64,000 nt of DNA, from assembly GCA_965660445.1 (NCBI GenBank), contig CBFIAK010000001.1, positions 640,001 through 704,000 of the forward strand, given 5' to 3'. The stretch's first letter is position 1. Every line of letters begins with the position of its first letter. This document shows, one piece after another, positions 28,522 through 38,236 of the stretch. Below the pieces are notes generated by a model, which saw nothing but the letters and a program-made list of their open reading frames with translations, made no database searches and was not told the DNA's origin. A program made the position numbers and the translations under genes. This DNA is from Patescibacteria group bacterium. Its GTDB lineage: Bacteria; Patescibacteriota; Gracilibacteria; UBA4473.

Positions 28522-28633
28522 AAGGGGTTACAATGGAAACATTATAATCCCTTGTGTAAATACATCTTGAATAAAAAAATTGTTCAAAGGAAATATTGAG
28601 ACACCCCTTTTTTATAGTGTCTCATTTGTCTCA
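28522..28633. repeat. inverted repeats upstream of recombinase 2
   Basis: AAGGGGTTACAATG-GAAA-CATTATAATCCCTT (28522-28553); TGAGACAC(28597-28604)/GTGTCTCA(28617-28624) plus extra TGTCTCA (28627-28633). Confidence 0.7.
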
Positions 28634-28659
28634 TTTTCAAGGTCAGGTATAATAAAATA

Positions 28660-28780
28660 TGCAAGGCATAAGACACCAGACCGACAGCCACTGCCAAAAC
28701 AAAAACCTTGGCATACCAACAAAGATTTGGTGTGGCGGGCTTTTTGCTATTTGCTCGGGAGGAATTGAACCTCAGTTTGT
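28660..28780 (+). ncRNA. candidate structured non-coding RNA (three-way junction)
   Basis: TATAAT at 28648-28653; stems GCCAC/GTGGC, TGCCAA/TTGGCA and ACCAA/TTGGT, followed by a T-run. Confidence 0.4.
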
Positions 28781-28785
28781 TATTT

Positions 28786-28821
28786 ATATCGGATAGAATA
28801 ATAAATAATGCTATCCGATAT
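28786..28821. promoter_or_regulatory. third copy of the Fic-gene operator palindrome
   Basis: ATATCGGATAG(28786-28796)-N14-CTATCCGATAT(28811-28821). Confidence 0.8.
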
Positions 28822-28903
28822 TGAGAAAAAAGTTTAAATGACTTGTTTATAAAAAACCCCTCAATGCATAAGCATTGAGGGAAATATCCTGTTTGGATTA
28901 TAA

Positions 28904-30205
28904 TTACACAGCTAAAATTACACACTGTTTTTTTGCATTTCTGACTGTTTTTAACAGTTTTGGAAAATTATGAAGGGATTCTTTTTCTTCGAATTTTTCG
29001 AGAGAAAAGTAAAGTGTTTTTATGTCTTCATAATATTTATAAAACAAAGTATCAGGATCTTCAAAACCTTCAAACAAGGTTTTGAATTCTTCTAATAACT
29101 CTTTTTGTTGTCCGTTTTGGATTTCAAAATATGAATCATCAGGAATATTATCTCTGATAGCTTTTATTTTATTTTCTCCTTCATGCAATACAATCTCTTG
29201 CCCCATAATAAATATATCATTTTTCACTATAATATATCCAAGAAACATGTATATTGGAATAATTGGAATATTTTTCATGAAAAAACTTTCTGAAAACAGA
29301 AGAGCAACGCTCAAGGCAATAATCAATATGAGGATTGTGATTTCGTAAACAACAAAAAAATACCTTCCAATAGGTATCCATGGTTTAAACTTTTTGAGAT
29401 TATTTTTTTTATGAAACAGTTTCACTTCATTTTGAATTTGATAAAAAGCGAATCTTATAACTAAAAAAATAAGTAAAAAAATTACAGCAAAAATAAACAG
29501 CAATATATCAAGATACCATGGTAAGTTTAAGTCATTTCCCCATAAGAATTTTTCATTAATGAGTATTCCAAGGATTGAAAAGAGCAAAGAAGTAAGCAAA
29601 AAACAAAAGAGAAAGGCTATCCCTAAATTCGTTCTTTTTTGGAAACGATAATTGTTCATTTCTGGGGAATTGATATCTCCAATGTAAAAAATATTACATG
29701 TAAAGATTGTGTAGTACCAATATCCATAGCCAATTATAACGACAGATATAAGTGCATATATTGTCTTAATAATTCCCATGAACAGAAATACAAACTGAAT
29801 TGAATCAAGCCCCATAATACTCTCTATCCCTCTTGTGTGCATAATTGGAATATGTTTGAGTATTAAGAATATAAAGAAACCCCCTAAGAAGTTTATAAGA
29901 GCGAGAGATACAATAATTCCAAGTATTTGCATTGTTGTCCAAAACCAACGATATCTTGTATTGGAAAGATGTTTCCGTGTGCGAGCCAGTACAAAATAAC
30001 TCCACCAAGTAACAAAAACGGAACCAATAAAAATTGGAATTGTTACAGTATAAGGAAGAGGAGCAGAAATAGTTTTTGGGAAAAGAAAACTTATATCAAT
30101 TCCCATACTATACATCAACAGAGCAATTCCCATACAGACATTTGTTGCTATAAATCCCCAAAAAAGCACCAACATTGGTTTGTGAAAAAACGATTTCGTT
30201 TTCAT
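28904..30205 (-). CDS. multi-pass membrane hypothetical protein
   Basis: ATG at 30205; about 8 hydrophobic segments; very AT-rich. Confidence 0.65.
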   Translation of the reverse strand: MKTKSFFHKPMLVLFWGFIATNVCMGIALLMYSMGIDISFLFPKTISAPLPYTVTIPIFIGSVFVTWWSYFVLARTRKHLSNTRYRWFWTTMQILGIIVSLALINFLGGFFIFLILKHIPIMHTRGIESIMGLDSIQFVFLFMGIIKTIYALISVVIIGYGYWYYTIFTCNIFYIGDINSPEMNNYRFQKRTNLGIAFLFCFLLTSLLFSILGILINEKFLWGNDLNLPWYLDILLFIFAVIFLLIFLVIRFAFYQIQNEVKLFHKKNNLKKFKPWIPIGRYFFVVYEITILILIIALSVALLFSESFFMKNIPIIPIYMFLGYIIVKNDIFIMGQEIVLHEGENKIKAIRDNIPDDSYFEIQNGQQKELLEEFKTLFEGFEDPDTLFYKYYEDIKTLYFSLEKFEEKESLHNFPKLLKTVRNAKKQCVILAV

Positions 30206-30397
30206 AAAGAAACTCCTAAAATGTGTTTTTAAAATAATATTCAAATTAAACAGGATGAATGTTATACGATATGTAAAAATACATACGAATAACATATTTC
30301 AAAGAACTATCATATTTATAAAATAAATAAAGGAACAAGTCAATTGAATCTCTTTTAGAAGATATCTATATGTTCTATTGAAAATAAAACCTACATT

Positions 30398-31219
30398 CTA
30401 TACTCCTTGTTTTTCATAAAAACGATTTATGGATAGTTTTAAATCGTTTTCAGTACATTCATATCCATCCATAAGAGTATCAAGCGTGATACAAAATAAA
30501 ACCCCTAGTCCGTTCTTTTGAATACTGAGACCTTCTTGCATTTTTTCAGGAGTCGTAATGCCGTCTGTCATGATCCATGCATGTGGCATTTCTTCTCGAA
30601 AGAATTTTAATGCGCCTTCTTCTCGGCTTGATACACTGGCTCCAATAGATGCATACATGTTCTGCGTTGATTGAGTTGAAATATTCCAATCTTCTATCTT
30701 TTCAGCAATACGAACACATAAATCAGACCCACTTTGAAACTCCGATGCAGACTCATTGTCTGTACGGACAGTCACAAATACTCCAGCGCCATAGTTTTCA
30801 CAAGCTTCAATAAAAGGACGCATACTTTCAGATCCGAAATAAGCATTCACCGTCACTGCATGAACCGATAATGGACTTATTGGATCTGTATAGGTTTTAG
30901 CATATAACGCCATGCTTTTTTCGTTTCCACTTCGATTTATATCAAGAATAACAAAAATTCCCATATTCTTGAGTGATTTTAAAAACCGTTCAAGCACCTG
31001 AAACCCTTCCCAACCAAACTGTTCAAAAACAGATATATCAACACGAATTCCCGCTATAGAAGTTTGTAATACTTCACACATCCATAATCCGTATTCAGCA
31101 ATGCTTTCTGCATCTAACGAAAACGAATCAGGAATAGTTTTGAAAGAAGCATCAAAATGAAGAATAAGTGATGATTTCTTGTGCTCTACGATGTGTTGTA
31201 ATTGATCCGAAAAGTTCAT
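30398..31219 (-). CDS. pyrF: orotidine-5'-phosphate decarboxylase homolog, catalytically degenerate
   Basis: PyrF type-2 scaffold (AVTVNAYFG.ES..PF…GVFV.VRT.N..A.EFQ), but DxKxxD reads DINRSG. Confidence 0.7.
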   Translation of the reverse strand: MNFSDQLQHIVEHKKSSLILHFDASFKTIPDSFSLDAESIAEYGLWMCEVLQTSIAGIRVDISVFEQFGWEGFQVLERFLKSLKNMGIFVILDINRSGNEKSMALYAKTYTDPISPLSVHAVTVNAYFGSESMRPFIEACENYGAGVFVTVRTDNESASEFQSGSDLCVRIAEKIEDWNISTQSTQNMYASIGASVSSREEGALKFFREEMPHAWIMTDGITTPEKMQEGLSIQKNGLGVLFCITLDTLMDGYECTENDLKLSINRFYEKQGV

Positions 31220-31229
31220 GAAAAAGTTC

Positions 31230-33869
31230 TTATTTACGAGGCATGTCAGTATGAATTTCTATATCAGGTGTACTTTCTTTTGGTTTTGGATCAGCTTTAT
31301 CTGTTTTTTTAGTTTGATCTTCTTCAAGCAATGATAATTGTGTATCATCTTCAACATCAATATCCTCAATCATTGATATAGAAGAAACCATATCTCCTTT
31401 TGATGGTCTCATTAAAATAACACCTTGTGTTGACCGACCAGCTGTTTTTATCTTTTGGATTGGGGTTCTTAGTGTTTGCCCATTTTTACTCACAATCAAT
31501 AAATCAGCCGTTTCTTTTGATTCATCTATCACTAAACTCCCCGCTATTTTACCAGTCTTTTTTGTGAGATTTGCAGCCTTAATTCCCGAACCTCCTCGAG
31601 ATTGTAACCGGAATAAGTTCACCGATGACATTTTCCCAAGTCCGTTTTCCATAACAACCAGTAATTTTCCGTGTTCGTGTCGTAATACATCCATTTTAAC
31701 CACTTGATCATCACTTTTGAGCCGTATTCCTCTTACTCCTGCTGCTGTTCGCCCCATACATCGTATGTCTTCTTCTGAAAACCGAATAGATTTTCCTTCT
31801 CGAGTAACAATAAATATCTGATCTTCTCCTGTTGAAACCCTTGTCCATTGCAGAGTCTCATCACCTTTTAATGAACAAGCAATAAGCCCCGATTGTCGAA
31901 CGTTTTCAAAATGACTCAACTCGCTTTTTTTAATTGTTCCACCTGTTGTACACATAACAACATATTTCCCATCAGATCGAGACAAATTTAAAATATTAGT
32001 CACGAGTTCTCCTGGTTGTAACTGTAGCAAATTTACAATAGGGGTTCCTTTGGCTGTTCGAGACGCTTCAGGAATCTCATACATATGCAACTTAAATACA
32101 CGACCTTTATTCGTGAAAAATAATAAGTTGTTATGATTTGTTCCAAACGATGATTCAACAATAATATCCTCATCTTTTGTTGTTGCCCCTACAACACCAA
32201 CACCACCTCGTTTTTGAGCTCTAAAAAGAGAAGGGTTCATTCGTTTTACATAATTCTTCTCGGTCAAAACAACAAGCATTTCTTCATCAGGAATAGTATC
32301 CATCGCATTAAATTTCCCTAATGCGTTCGGATGAATTTTTGTTCGTCGTGCATCACCAAACTTTTCTTTTGCATCACGAAGTTCTTGTTCAATAATATCA
32401 GATTGTTTTTCTCGACTCGCAAGAATACCCTCGAGTTCCCCAATAAGACGTAATTTTTCAGCAAGTTCGTCTTCTATTTTTTGACGTTCAAGTCCTGCTA
32501 GTGTTTGTAACCGCATTTCTAAAATAGCTTTTGCTTGTAACTCAGTAAGAGAAAACTTCTCTTGTAATGACACACTCGCAATTTCTTTGGTTTCAGATTT
32601 CTTAATAGTCTCAATCACTTCATCAATATGATCTAAAGCAATCTTTAATCCTTCTAAAATATGAGCTCGAGCTTGTGCAATACGTAAATCATACTCAGCT
32701 CGTCGTCGTACAACTTCAAATCGATGATCAAGAAAATACCCAATAACTTCACTTAAATTTAATAATCGAGGATGAATACCATCAACTAAGGCAATCATGT
32801 TTAAGTTATAACTCTTCTGCAATAATGTGTACTTAAACAATTTATTGAGTGTTTTTTGTGGATATGCATCTCGTTTTAATTCGATAACAATACGCATACC
32901 TTCTCGGTTTGACTCATCCCTTAAATCAGAAATACCATCTATTTTTTTATCTCGCACTAAATCAGCAATTTTGATAATTAAATCAGCTTTGTTTACCTGA
33001 TAGGGGATTTCCGTAACAATGATAGCATTTCTCCCAGCTTTAAATTCTTCAATATGTGTTTTTGAACGCATCATAACCCCACCACGACCAGTACGATACA
33101 TTTCTTGGATAATCCCTCCGTCATAGATTTCAGCACCAGTTGGAAAATCAGGCCCTTTAATAAATTTTAATAAGTCATCAATTGTACAGTCAGGGTTTTT
33201 TAATTGGTGCACACAGGCATCAATTACTTCATTTAAATTGTGAGGAGGAATATTTGTTGCCATTCCAACCGCTATTCCCATTGTACCATTTAAAAGGAGT
33301 TGAGGAATAACACTCGGTAATACCATTGGTTCACTCGCTGTTCCGTCATAATTTGGACGGAAATTGACGGTTTCTTTTTCGATATCAGAAAGCATAAGTT
33401 CCGTTATTTTTTCCATTTTTGCTTCCGTATACCGCATTGCAGCCGGATTATCTCCATCAATTGAACCATAGTTCCCTTGACCGTTTACTAATGGATAACG
33501 CAAACTAAAATCTTGCGCCATACGCACCATCGACATATAAACCGCACTATCTCCATGTGGATGATATTTTCCAAGCACAGCCCCCACTACATTTGCTGAT
33601 TTTCTATATTTTGCTGTAGATCTCAGCCCATTTTCATGCATAGCATATAAGATTCGGCGGTGTACGGGTTTGAGTCCATCACGTACGTCTGGCAAGGCTC
33701 GAGAAACAATAACCGACATTGCATAGGCAATATAAGATTCTTCCATGTCATCAGAAATGTCACGCAGATGAATTTGTGCGTTTTCTGGAATATCGAGTGG
33801 TTGAAGTGGAGAAGAAGCCTCTTCGTTTTTTTCTTCATTTGGATCAACGGGATTGGGTGTTTCAGTCAT
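31230..33869 (-). CDS. gyrA: DNA gyrase subunit A
   Basis: [27 protein letters not shown], GyrA-box-like QKRGGVG, C-terminal beta-pinwheel repeats. Confidence 0.98.
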   Translation of the reverse strand: MTETPNPVDPNEEKNEEASSPLQPLDIPENAQIHLRDISDDMEESYIAYAMSVIVSRALPDVRDGLKPVHRRILYAMHENGLRSTAKYRKSANVVGAVLGKYHPHGDSAVYMSMVRMAQDFSLRYPLVNGQGNYGSIDGDNPAAMRYTEAKMEKITELMLSDIEKETVNFRPNYDGTASEPMVLPSVIPQLLLNGTMGIAVGMATNIPPHNLNEVIDACVHQLKNPDCTIDDLLKFIKGPDFPTGAEIYDGGIIQEMYRTGRGGVMMRSKTHIEEFKAGRNAIIVTEIPYQVNKADLIIKIADLVRDKKIDGISDLRDESNREGMRIVIELKRDAYPQKTLNKLFKYTLLQKSYNLNMIALVDGIHPRLLNLSEVIGYFLDHRFEVVRRRAEYDLRIAQARAHILEGLKIALDHIDEVIETIKKSETKEIASVSLQEKFSLTELQAKAILEMRLQTLAGLERQKIEDELAEKLRLIGELEGILASREKQSDIIEQELRDAKEKFGDARRTKIHPNALGKFNAMDTIPDEEMLVVLTEKNYVKRMNPSLFRAQKRGGVGVVGATTKDEDIIVESSFGTNHNNLLFFTNKGRVFKLHMYEIPEASRTAKGTPIVNLLQLQPGELVTNILNLSRSDGKYVVMCTTGGTIKKSELSHFENVRQSGLIACSLKGDETLQWTRVSTGEDQIFIVTREGKSIRFSEEDIRCMGRTAAGVRGIRLKSDDQVVKMDVLRHEHGKLLVVMENGLGKMSSVNLFRLQSRGGSGIKAANLTKKTGKIAGSLVIDESKETADLLIVSKNGQTLRTPIQKIKTAGRSTQGVILMRPSKGDMVSSISMIEDIDVEDDTQLSLLEEDQTKKTDKADPKPKESTPDIEIHTDMPRK

Positions 33870-33952
33870 ACTAAAAAAAACATATAGAACGCATCTATTG
33901 TAGGTTAAAAAAACAAGAAATCAATGGAAAAACTACTTTTTCAAGAAAACTA

Positions 33953-35329
33953 TTATTGTGCAAACATGCGATCTCTTTTTTCATCAAGGAGCTCTCCTAA
34001 ATCAGGAGGAAGAACTTCAGAAAGCATGCGTAAGAATCGTTGTGATTCTTCATTTTTTGGGAGTTTTGAAACTTCTTGATTCATAACTGAAACTTGATCA
34101 ATACGAAGTGGTTCATTGAGTATCTTTCGTAAGAAAACAATGACATATTTTCTCTGAAGAATGTTTTTATGATCATCATTGTTTGCATGTTGAAACACTC
34201 GTTCAAGTGTTACAAATCGGTCAAAGCTTTGGAATCCTGTGTCAGGTGTTCTGAAAGCAAGATTCTTTTTATTGTCTTTGGTTATTACAAATAATGATTG
34301 AAGTGCTTGAGCCTCCTCTAAGAAAGATTTTGGTACTGATTTTCGTTCCATTTCGTTGATAACGTCTTGAAAAGAAAATGTTTCCCAATGGAATCTTTTT
34401 TTGGATTCCATATCTCGAGAAGAGTATAAAATATTAAGTACAGAGAAAAATGTTTTTTGAGCAGAAATAAGATCTTTTTCTGATTGTACTTCATTGTCAG
34501 CTATTATTCGTTCGATAGCGTTAATGAGTTTTGTTCGTGTGATAATGAGTTTTGCTTGTATAGAATTCAATTGGAGTGTTGAAAGACTCAGATTATCAGG
34601 AATTTCTCTTCGGGTAAGAAGCGTATCTGTGCGAAGACTTATTTTTTCTCCTGGGCGAATTGTTGTTTCACCGTTTTTCCAATCAAAGACATTAATATTG
34701 TTTTGAGAAGAGATGACTTCCATTTCACCTGTTTCAGAAATAGAAATAGTGAATACCGAATTTGGCGATGAAGCTACAAATCCTCGAGTTGAAGAAAACT
34801 GATGATTGTCATAACTTTCACTCAAAATCATTCCTTTTTCGATGAAAATTTCATCATGGTTAATTATCTTTAGTTGTGTGTTCTCTTTAATAACAGACTC
34901 AAATTGGTTGGGGAATATGATTGCGGCTTCGGCATTGTGTCCAATATGTAGAATATCACCCTCTTGTAAAAGCACATCCTCGGTAAGGAGGAGTGTTTGG
35001 TTTCCTCGAATAAGGCTTACTGCTCCGTTCTTAGGTGATACGTATCCAGCAAGTGTTTCTGTTCCAAACAAAGGAAGTAATAAAAACCCTAAAAAAAACA
35101 GTCCAAACGAAAAAGCAAGTTTAAATTGTGGTGATTGTAATGAAATGAGTTGTCGAAATGAGTGCCACAACGATATATTTTGTTGTGTGTAGCGGTCTTG
35201 ATATGCATATAATGCCTTGCGTCGAATAGATTCCTTTGTTTCAAATGAAGGGGTGAAGAATTCAGAATTGCGAAACGATCGAAACGTTTTTACAATAAAT
35301 CGTTTGAAATGATCATGATTCATACCCAT
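33953..35329 (-). CDS. single-TM protein with FecR-like extracytoplasmic domain
   Basis: N-terminal cytoplasmic part, one TM helix, G.V.L.RG…L.EGD.L..G…A.I.F FecR-like pattern. Confidence 0.6.
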   Translation of the reverse strand: MGMNHDHFKRFIVKTFRSFRNSEFFTPSFETKESIRRKALYAYQDRYTQQNISLWHSFRQLISLQSPQFKLAFSFGLFFLGFLLLPLFGTETLAGYVSPKNGAVSLIRGNQTLLLTEDVLLQEGDILHIGHNAEAAIIFPNQFESVIKENTQLKIINHDEIFIEKGMILSESYDNHQFSSTRGFVASSPNSVFTISISETGEMEVISSQNNINVFDWKNGETTIRPGEKISLRTDTLLTRREIPDNLSLSTLQLNSIQAKLIITRTKLINAIERIIADNEVQSEKDLISAQKTFFSVLNILYSSRDMESKKRFHWETFSFQDVINEMERKSVPKSFLEEAQALQSLFVITKDNKKNLAFRTPDTGFQSFDRFVTLERVFQHANNDDHKNILQRKYVIVFLRKILNEPLRIDQVSVMNQEVSKLPKNEESQRFLRMLSEVLPPDLGELLDEKRDRMFAQ

Positions 35330-35397
35330 AAGAAAGAGAAATAAGACATACTCACTTTTTATAACGAATAAGAAGAGAAAGTGTTACAAAAGTATTC

Positions 35398-36018
35398 TTA
35401 TTTTTCAAATTCGATATCTTCAATAACAACAGATGTCATTGGTTTGTCCTGTGCATCTGTTGGCGTTTGAGCAATAGCATCAACAACATCCATACCATGA
35501 ACGACTTGTCCAAAAATAGAATACCCACCATCTAAGAATAGAGAATCTTCATGAACAATAAAAAACTGAGATCCATTGGTGTTTGGTCCTCTGTTTGCCA
35601 TTGAAACCATGCCACGAGTATGAGACAGTGTTGGGTCGATTTCGTCTTCTAAGTATCCTCCTGTATGGCTATGCCCCCCAGTTCCATTGAAGTTTTGAAA
35701 ATCTCCACCTTGAATCATAAACCCTTCAATGACTCGATGAAAAATAGTATTGTCATAAAGGTCTCGTTGAGCAAGAACATCAAAATTATAAGCAATCTCT
35801 GGTGCTTTGTTGTGAAAAAGCTCAATAACAATGTCGCCTTGAGATGTGCGAAGTGTTGCATATTGATGCCGTTTAAATTCTTTTTCTGAATCTTCGATAG
35901 TATTTTCTGTTGATTGTGTTTCAGTTTCAAAAATATTAGCCGATAAATCGCTATTATCTTGATTGCTGCATCCTGAAAGTACAAATAAAGAAACGAAAGT
36001 CAGAAGAAAAAATTTCAT
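35398..36018 (-). CDS. cyclophilin-type peptidyl-prolyl isomerase (lipoprotein)
   Basis: LSGC lipobox; FHRVIEGFMIQGGD and SMANRGPNTNGSQFFI motifs. Confidence 0.95.
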   Translation of the reverse strand: MKFFLLTFVSLFVLSGCSNQDNSDLSANIFETETQSTENTIEDSEKEFKRHQYATLRTSQGDIVIELFHNKAPEIAYNFDVLAQRDLYDNTIFHRVIEGFMIQGGDFQNFNGTGGHSHTGGYLEDEIDPTLSHTRGMVSMANRGPNTNGSQFFIVHEDSLFLDGGYSIFGQVVHGMDVVDAIAQTPTDAQDKPMTSVVIEDIEFEK

Positions 36019-36169
36019 GAGTATAAGAGAGAAATATAAGTGCTTGTAGTCTATAAAAGACGATTAAAAAATCAAGTTTCTTCTTTGTTTTATGAAACGA
36101 ATTCTTGATATTCAGGAGAATATGCTTTACTATTTTTATCGATTTTTATTTCTCAAATCTCTATTCTTC

Positions 36170-37135
36170 ATGAGAGTTTTAACTGGTATGCAATCAAGCG
36201 GTATTCCTCATATTGGAAATTATTTCGGAATGATTCGTCCGGCACTTGCTTTCCAAGATGATCCTCAAAATGAGTGTTTTTATTTTATAGCTGATTTACA
36301 TGCGTTTACGTCTCATCCTCGTGCAGAAGATTTTAAGCGATATCGTTCAGAAGTTATTCTCGATTGGCTTGCATTAGGTCTTGATCCCGATCGCTCTATT
36401 TTTTATATGCAATCTCAAATTCCACAACACACAGAATTATTGTGGTATTTGTTATGTCAAACCCCACTTGGAATGCTCGAAAGAGCTCATTCTTTTAAAG
36501 ACAAAAAAGCTCGAGGTCTTGATGCAAATGCAGGGTTGTTTACTTATCCTGTTTTAATGGCTGCTGATATATTATTGTATGATGCCGATATGATTCCTGT
36601 TGGAAAAGATCAAAAACAACATGTGGAAATGGCCCGTGATATAGCTCAAAAATTTAATAACAAAGCTCCTAATACGTTTGTATTACCAGAACCATTTATC
36701 CCAGAAGAAACCGGTATTGTTCTTGGTACAGATGGTCAAAAGATGTCAAAAAGTTATGGAAATACAATTTCTATTTTTGAAGATGAGAAAATACTCCGAA
36801 AAAAAATAATGGGTCTTCCTACTGATTCTGTTCCATTGGGACAACCAATTGATCCAGATACATGTGCTGTGTTTCAATTTCATGCTTTATTTAAAAACCC
36901 CCAGATTGATGTATTGCGTCAACAATACAAAGAGGGGAGTATTGGATTTGGAGAATCGAAAAAACAATTATTTGCTTATGTGTGGGACTTTTTTCAATCA
37001 GCACGATTGAAAAGAGAAACTCTCAAAAAAGATCCCGAATATATAGAAAATATTATTTATAAAGGAGGACAAAAAGCACAAGAAAGAGCAGAGAAAAAAA
37101 TACAACAAGTGAGACGCGTCATGGGAGTATTATAA
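36170..37135 (+). CDS. trpS: tryptophan--tRNA ligase
   Basis: HIGN, YPVLMAADIL, VGKDQKQH and KMSKS motifs; start at ATG 36170. Confidence 0.97.
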   Translation: MRVLTGMQSSGIPHIGNYFGMIRPALAFQDDPQNECFYFIADLHAFTSHPRAEDFKRYRSEVILDWLALGLDPDRSIFYMQSQIPQHTELLWYLLCQTPLGMLERAHSFKDKKARGLDANAGLFTYPVLMAADILLYDADMIPVGKDQKQHVEMARDIAQKFNNKAPNTFVLPEPFIPEETGIVLGTDGQKMSKSYGNTISIFEDEKILRKKIMGLPTDSVPLGQPIDPDTCAVFQFHALFKNPQIDVLRQQYKEGSIGFGESKKQLFAYVWDFFQSARLKRETLKKDPEYIENIIYKGGQKAQERAEKKIQQVRRVMGVL

Positions 37136-37226
37136 AGAATACTCTTTCTCCTGTTGTCGAGGGGAAATAATTGAATTTTTCCACCTTTTTTCTAGAGTAA
37201 AAATAGTTATCCTTAATTTTTTCCAC

Positions 37227-38033
37227 ATGAATACTTATTTTGGTAAAACGCTTATTATAGCGAGTTTATTTCTTGTACCTTCTTTTGCAAATGCACAGAT
37301 GGCAAATCCTGCCAGTATTATGAATATAATGATGCCTCTTTTATCAGGTGAGTCATCAGAAGAGAGTATGAAGAATTTCGAAGAACAAATGGGCGATCCT
37401 GCAAATGCTATGAGAATGATACAAGAAGCATTTAATATTCCTGATAGTCAGATGCCTATGGAAATGCAAAGCACAGATCCCGCAACAGAAGAAGTTTTAG
37501 AAGAAGAATCAACTCTTATTGAAGAGGAAGAAGACATGCTTAATGAACAAGAAGATCGTATAAAAGAAGCTCGTGCAAAACTACAAGCAAGAAAATCAAG
37601 ATTACAAGCACTTCGTGCTGAATGGGCAAATTTATCACCAGAAGAACGAAAAGAAAAGTTAGCGGCACTTCGTGAACACCGACAAGAAAAAAGAGAAGAA
37701 CGAAAAGAAGTTCGAACTGAACGACGGGAAGAACGGCAAGATCAAATGACACAAATGCGTGAAACATGGCAAGCATCTGATGAAACAGAGAGATCTATGA
37801 TGAGAGAAGATGCACGAGAAAAAGTATCAAAAAGAGCCATGAGTGTTGCCGAACGTTTGCGTTCTCGAATGGGACGTTTGCAAAATGTATCTGAGAGAGC
37901 ATCTGAAAACGAGTTAGAACGAGTATCAAATACTCTTTCTCGAAATGCAGATCGAGTTGAAAGTCGTGCATCAGCTTATTCTCAACGATTATCAAATCTT
38001 CGTGAACGGTATAAAGTAGCTCCAACTCGATAA
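37227..38033 (+). CDS. secreted coiled-coil (E/R-rich) protein
   Basis: Signal peptide ending ANA; long charged helical region. Confidence 0.7.
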   Translation: MNTYFGKTLIIASLFLVPSFANAQMANPASIMNIMMPLLSGESSEESMKNFEEQMGDPANAMRMIQEAFNIPDSQMPMEMQSTDPATEEVLEEESTLIEEEEDMLNEQEDRIKEARAKLQARKSRLQALRAEWANLSPEERKEKLAALREHRQEKREERKEVRTERREERQDQMTQMRETWQASDETERSMMREDAREKVSKRAMSVAERLRSRMGRLQNVSERASENELERVSNTLSRNADRVESRASAYSQRLSNLRERYKVAPTR

Positions 38034-38059
38034 GAATTAGTTATTTATATCTACGATTA

Positions 38060-38098
38060 AAAAAAGAGCCTTATCAGATTTTCTGGATAAGGCTCTTT
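38060..38098. terminator. bidirectional intrinsic terminator
   Basis: AAAGAGCCTTATC…GATAAGGCTCTTT between convergent genes. Confidence 0.7.
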
Positions 38099-38236
38099 GT
38101 GATTGAGAAGATATGATTTTTTCTGGGGGGACAAATCCATACCTCCATCAAACTTCAAGCATAAGGAGCTATCATGTTTACACGGCATGTAGCATACAAA
38201 AATAGCGATATGATAGTAGAAAGAAAAAAAATATTG

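Larger units (their letters stand above)
19083..28553. mobile_element. integrative element with two serine recombinases, TerS/TerL, two MTases, TIR-SLATT cassette and LexA-like repressor (may extend left over the R-M operon)
   Basis: Gene content; 19-25 kb looks more GC-rich than the flanks by eye; boundaries not resolved. Confidence 0.7.

Noticed and set aside
28751-28775. tRNA T-arm-like GGTTCAATTCC on the minus strand
   Set aside because: No acceptor stem, anticodon arm or CCA end; at most a hairpin or degenerate att relic.
28584-28925. ORFs 28584-28925 (-) and 28580-28768 (+)
   Set aside because: Non-ATG starts, no recognisable motif, and they overlap promoter, hairpin and operator sequences.
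38100-38236. Possible ncRNA or riboswitch between the terminator and ruvX
   Set aside because: Only weak pairing and no recognisable family motif.
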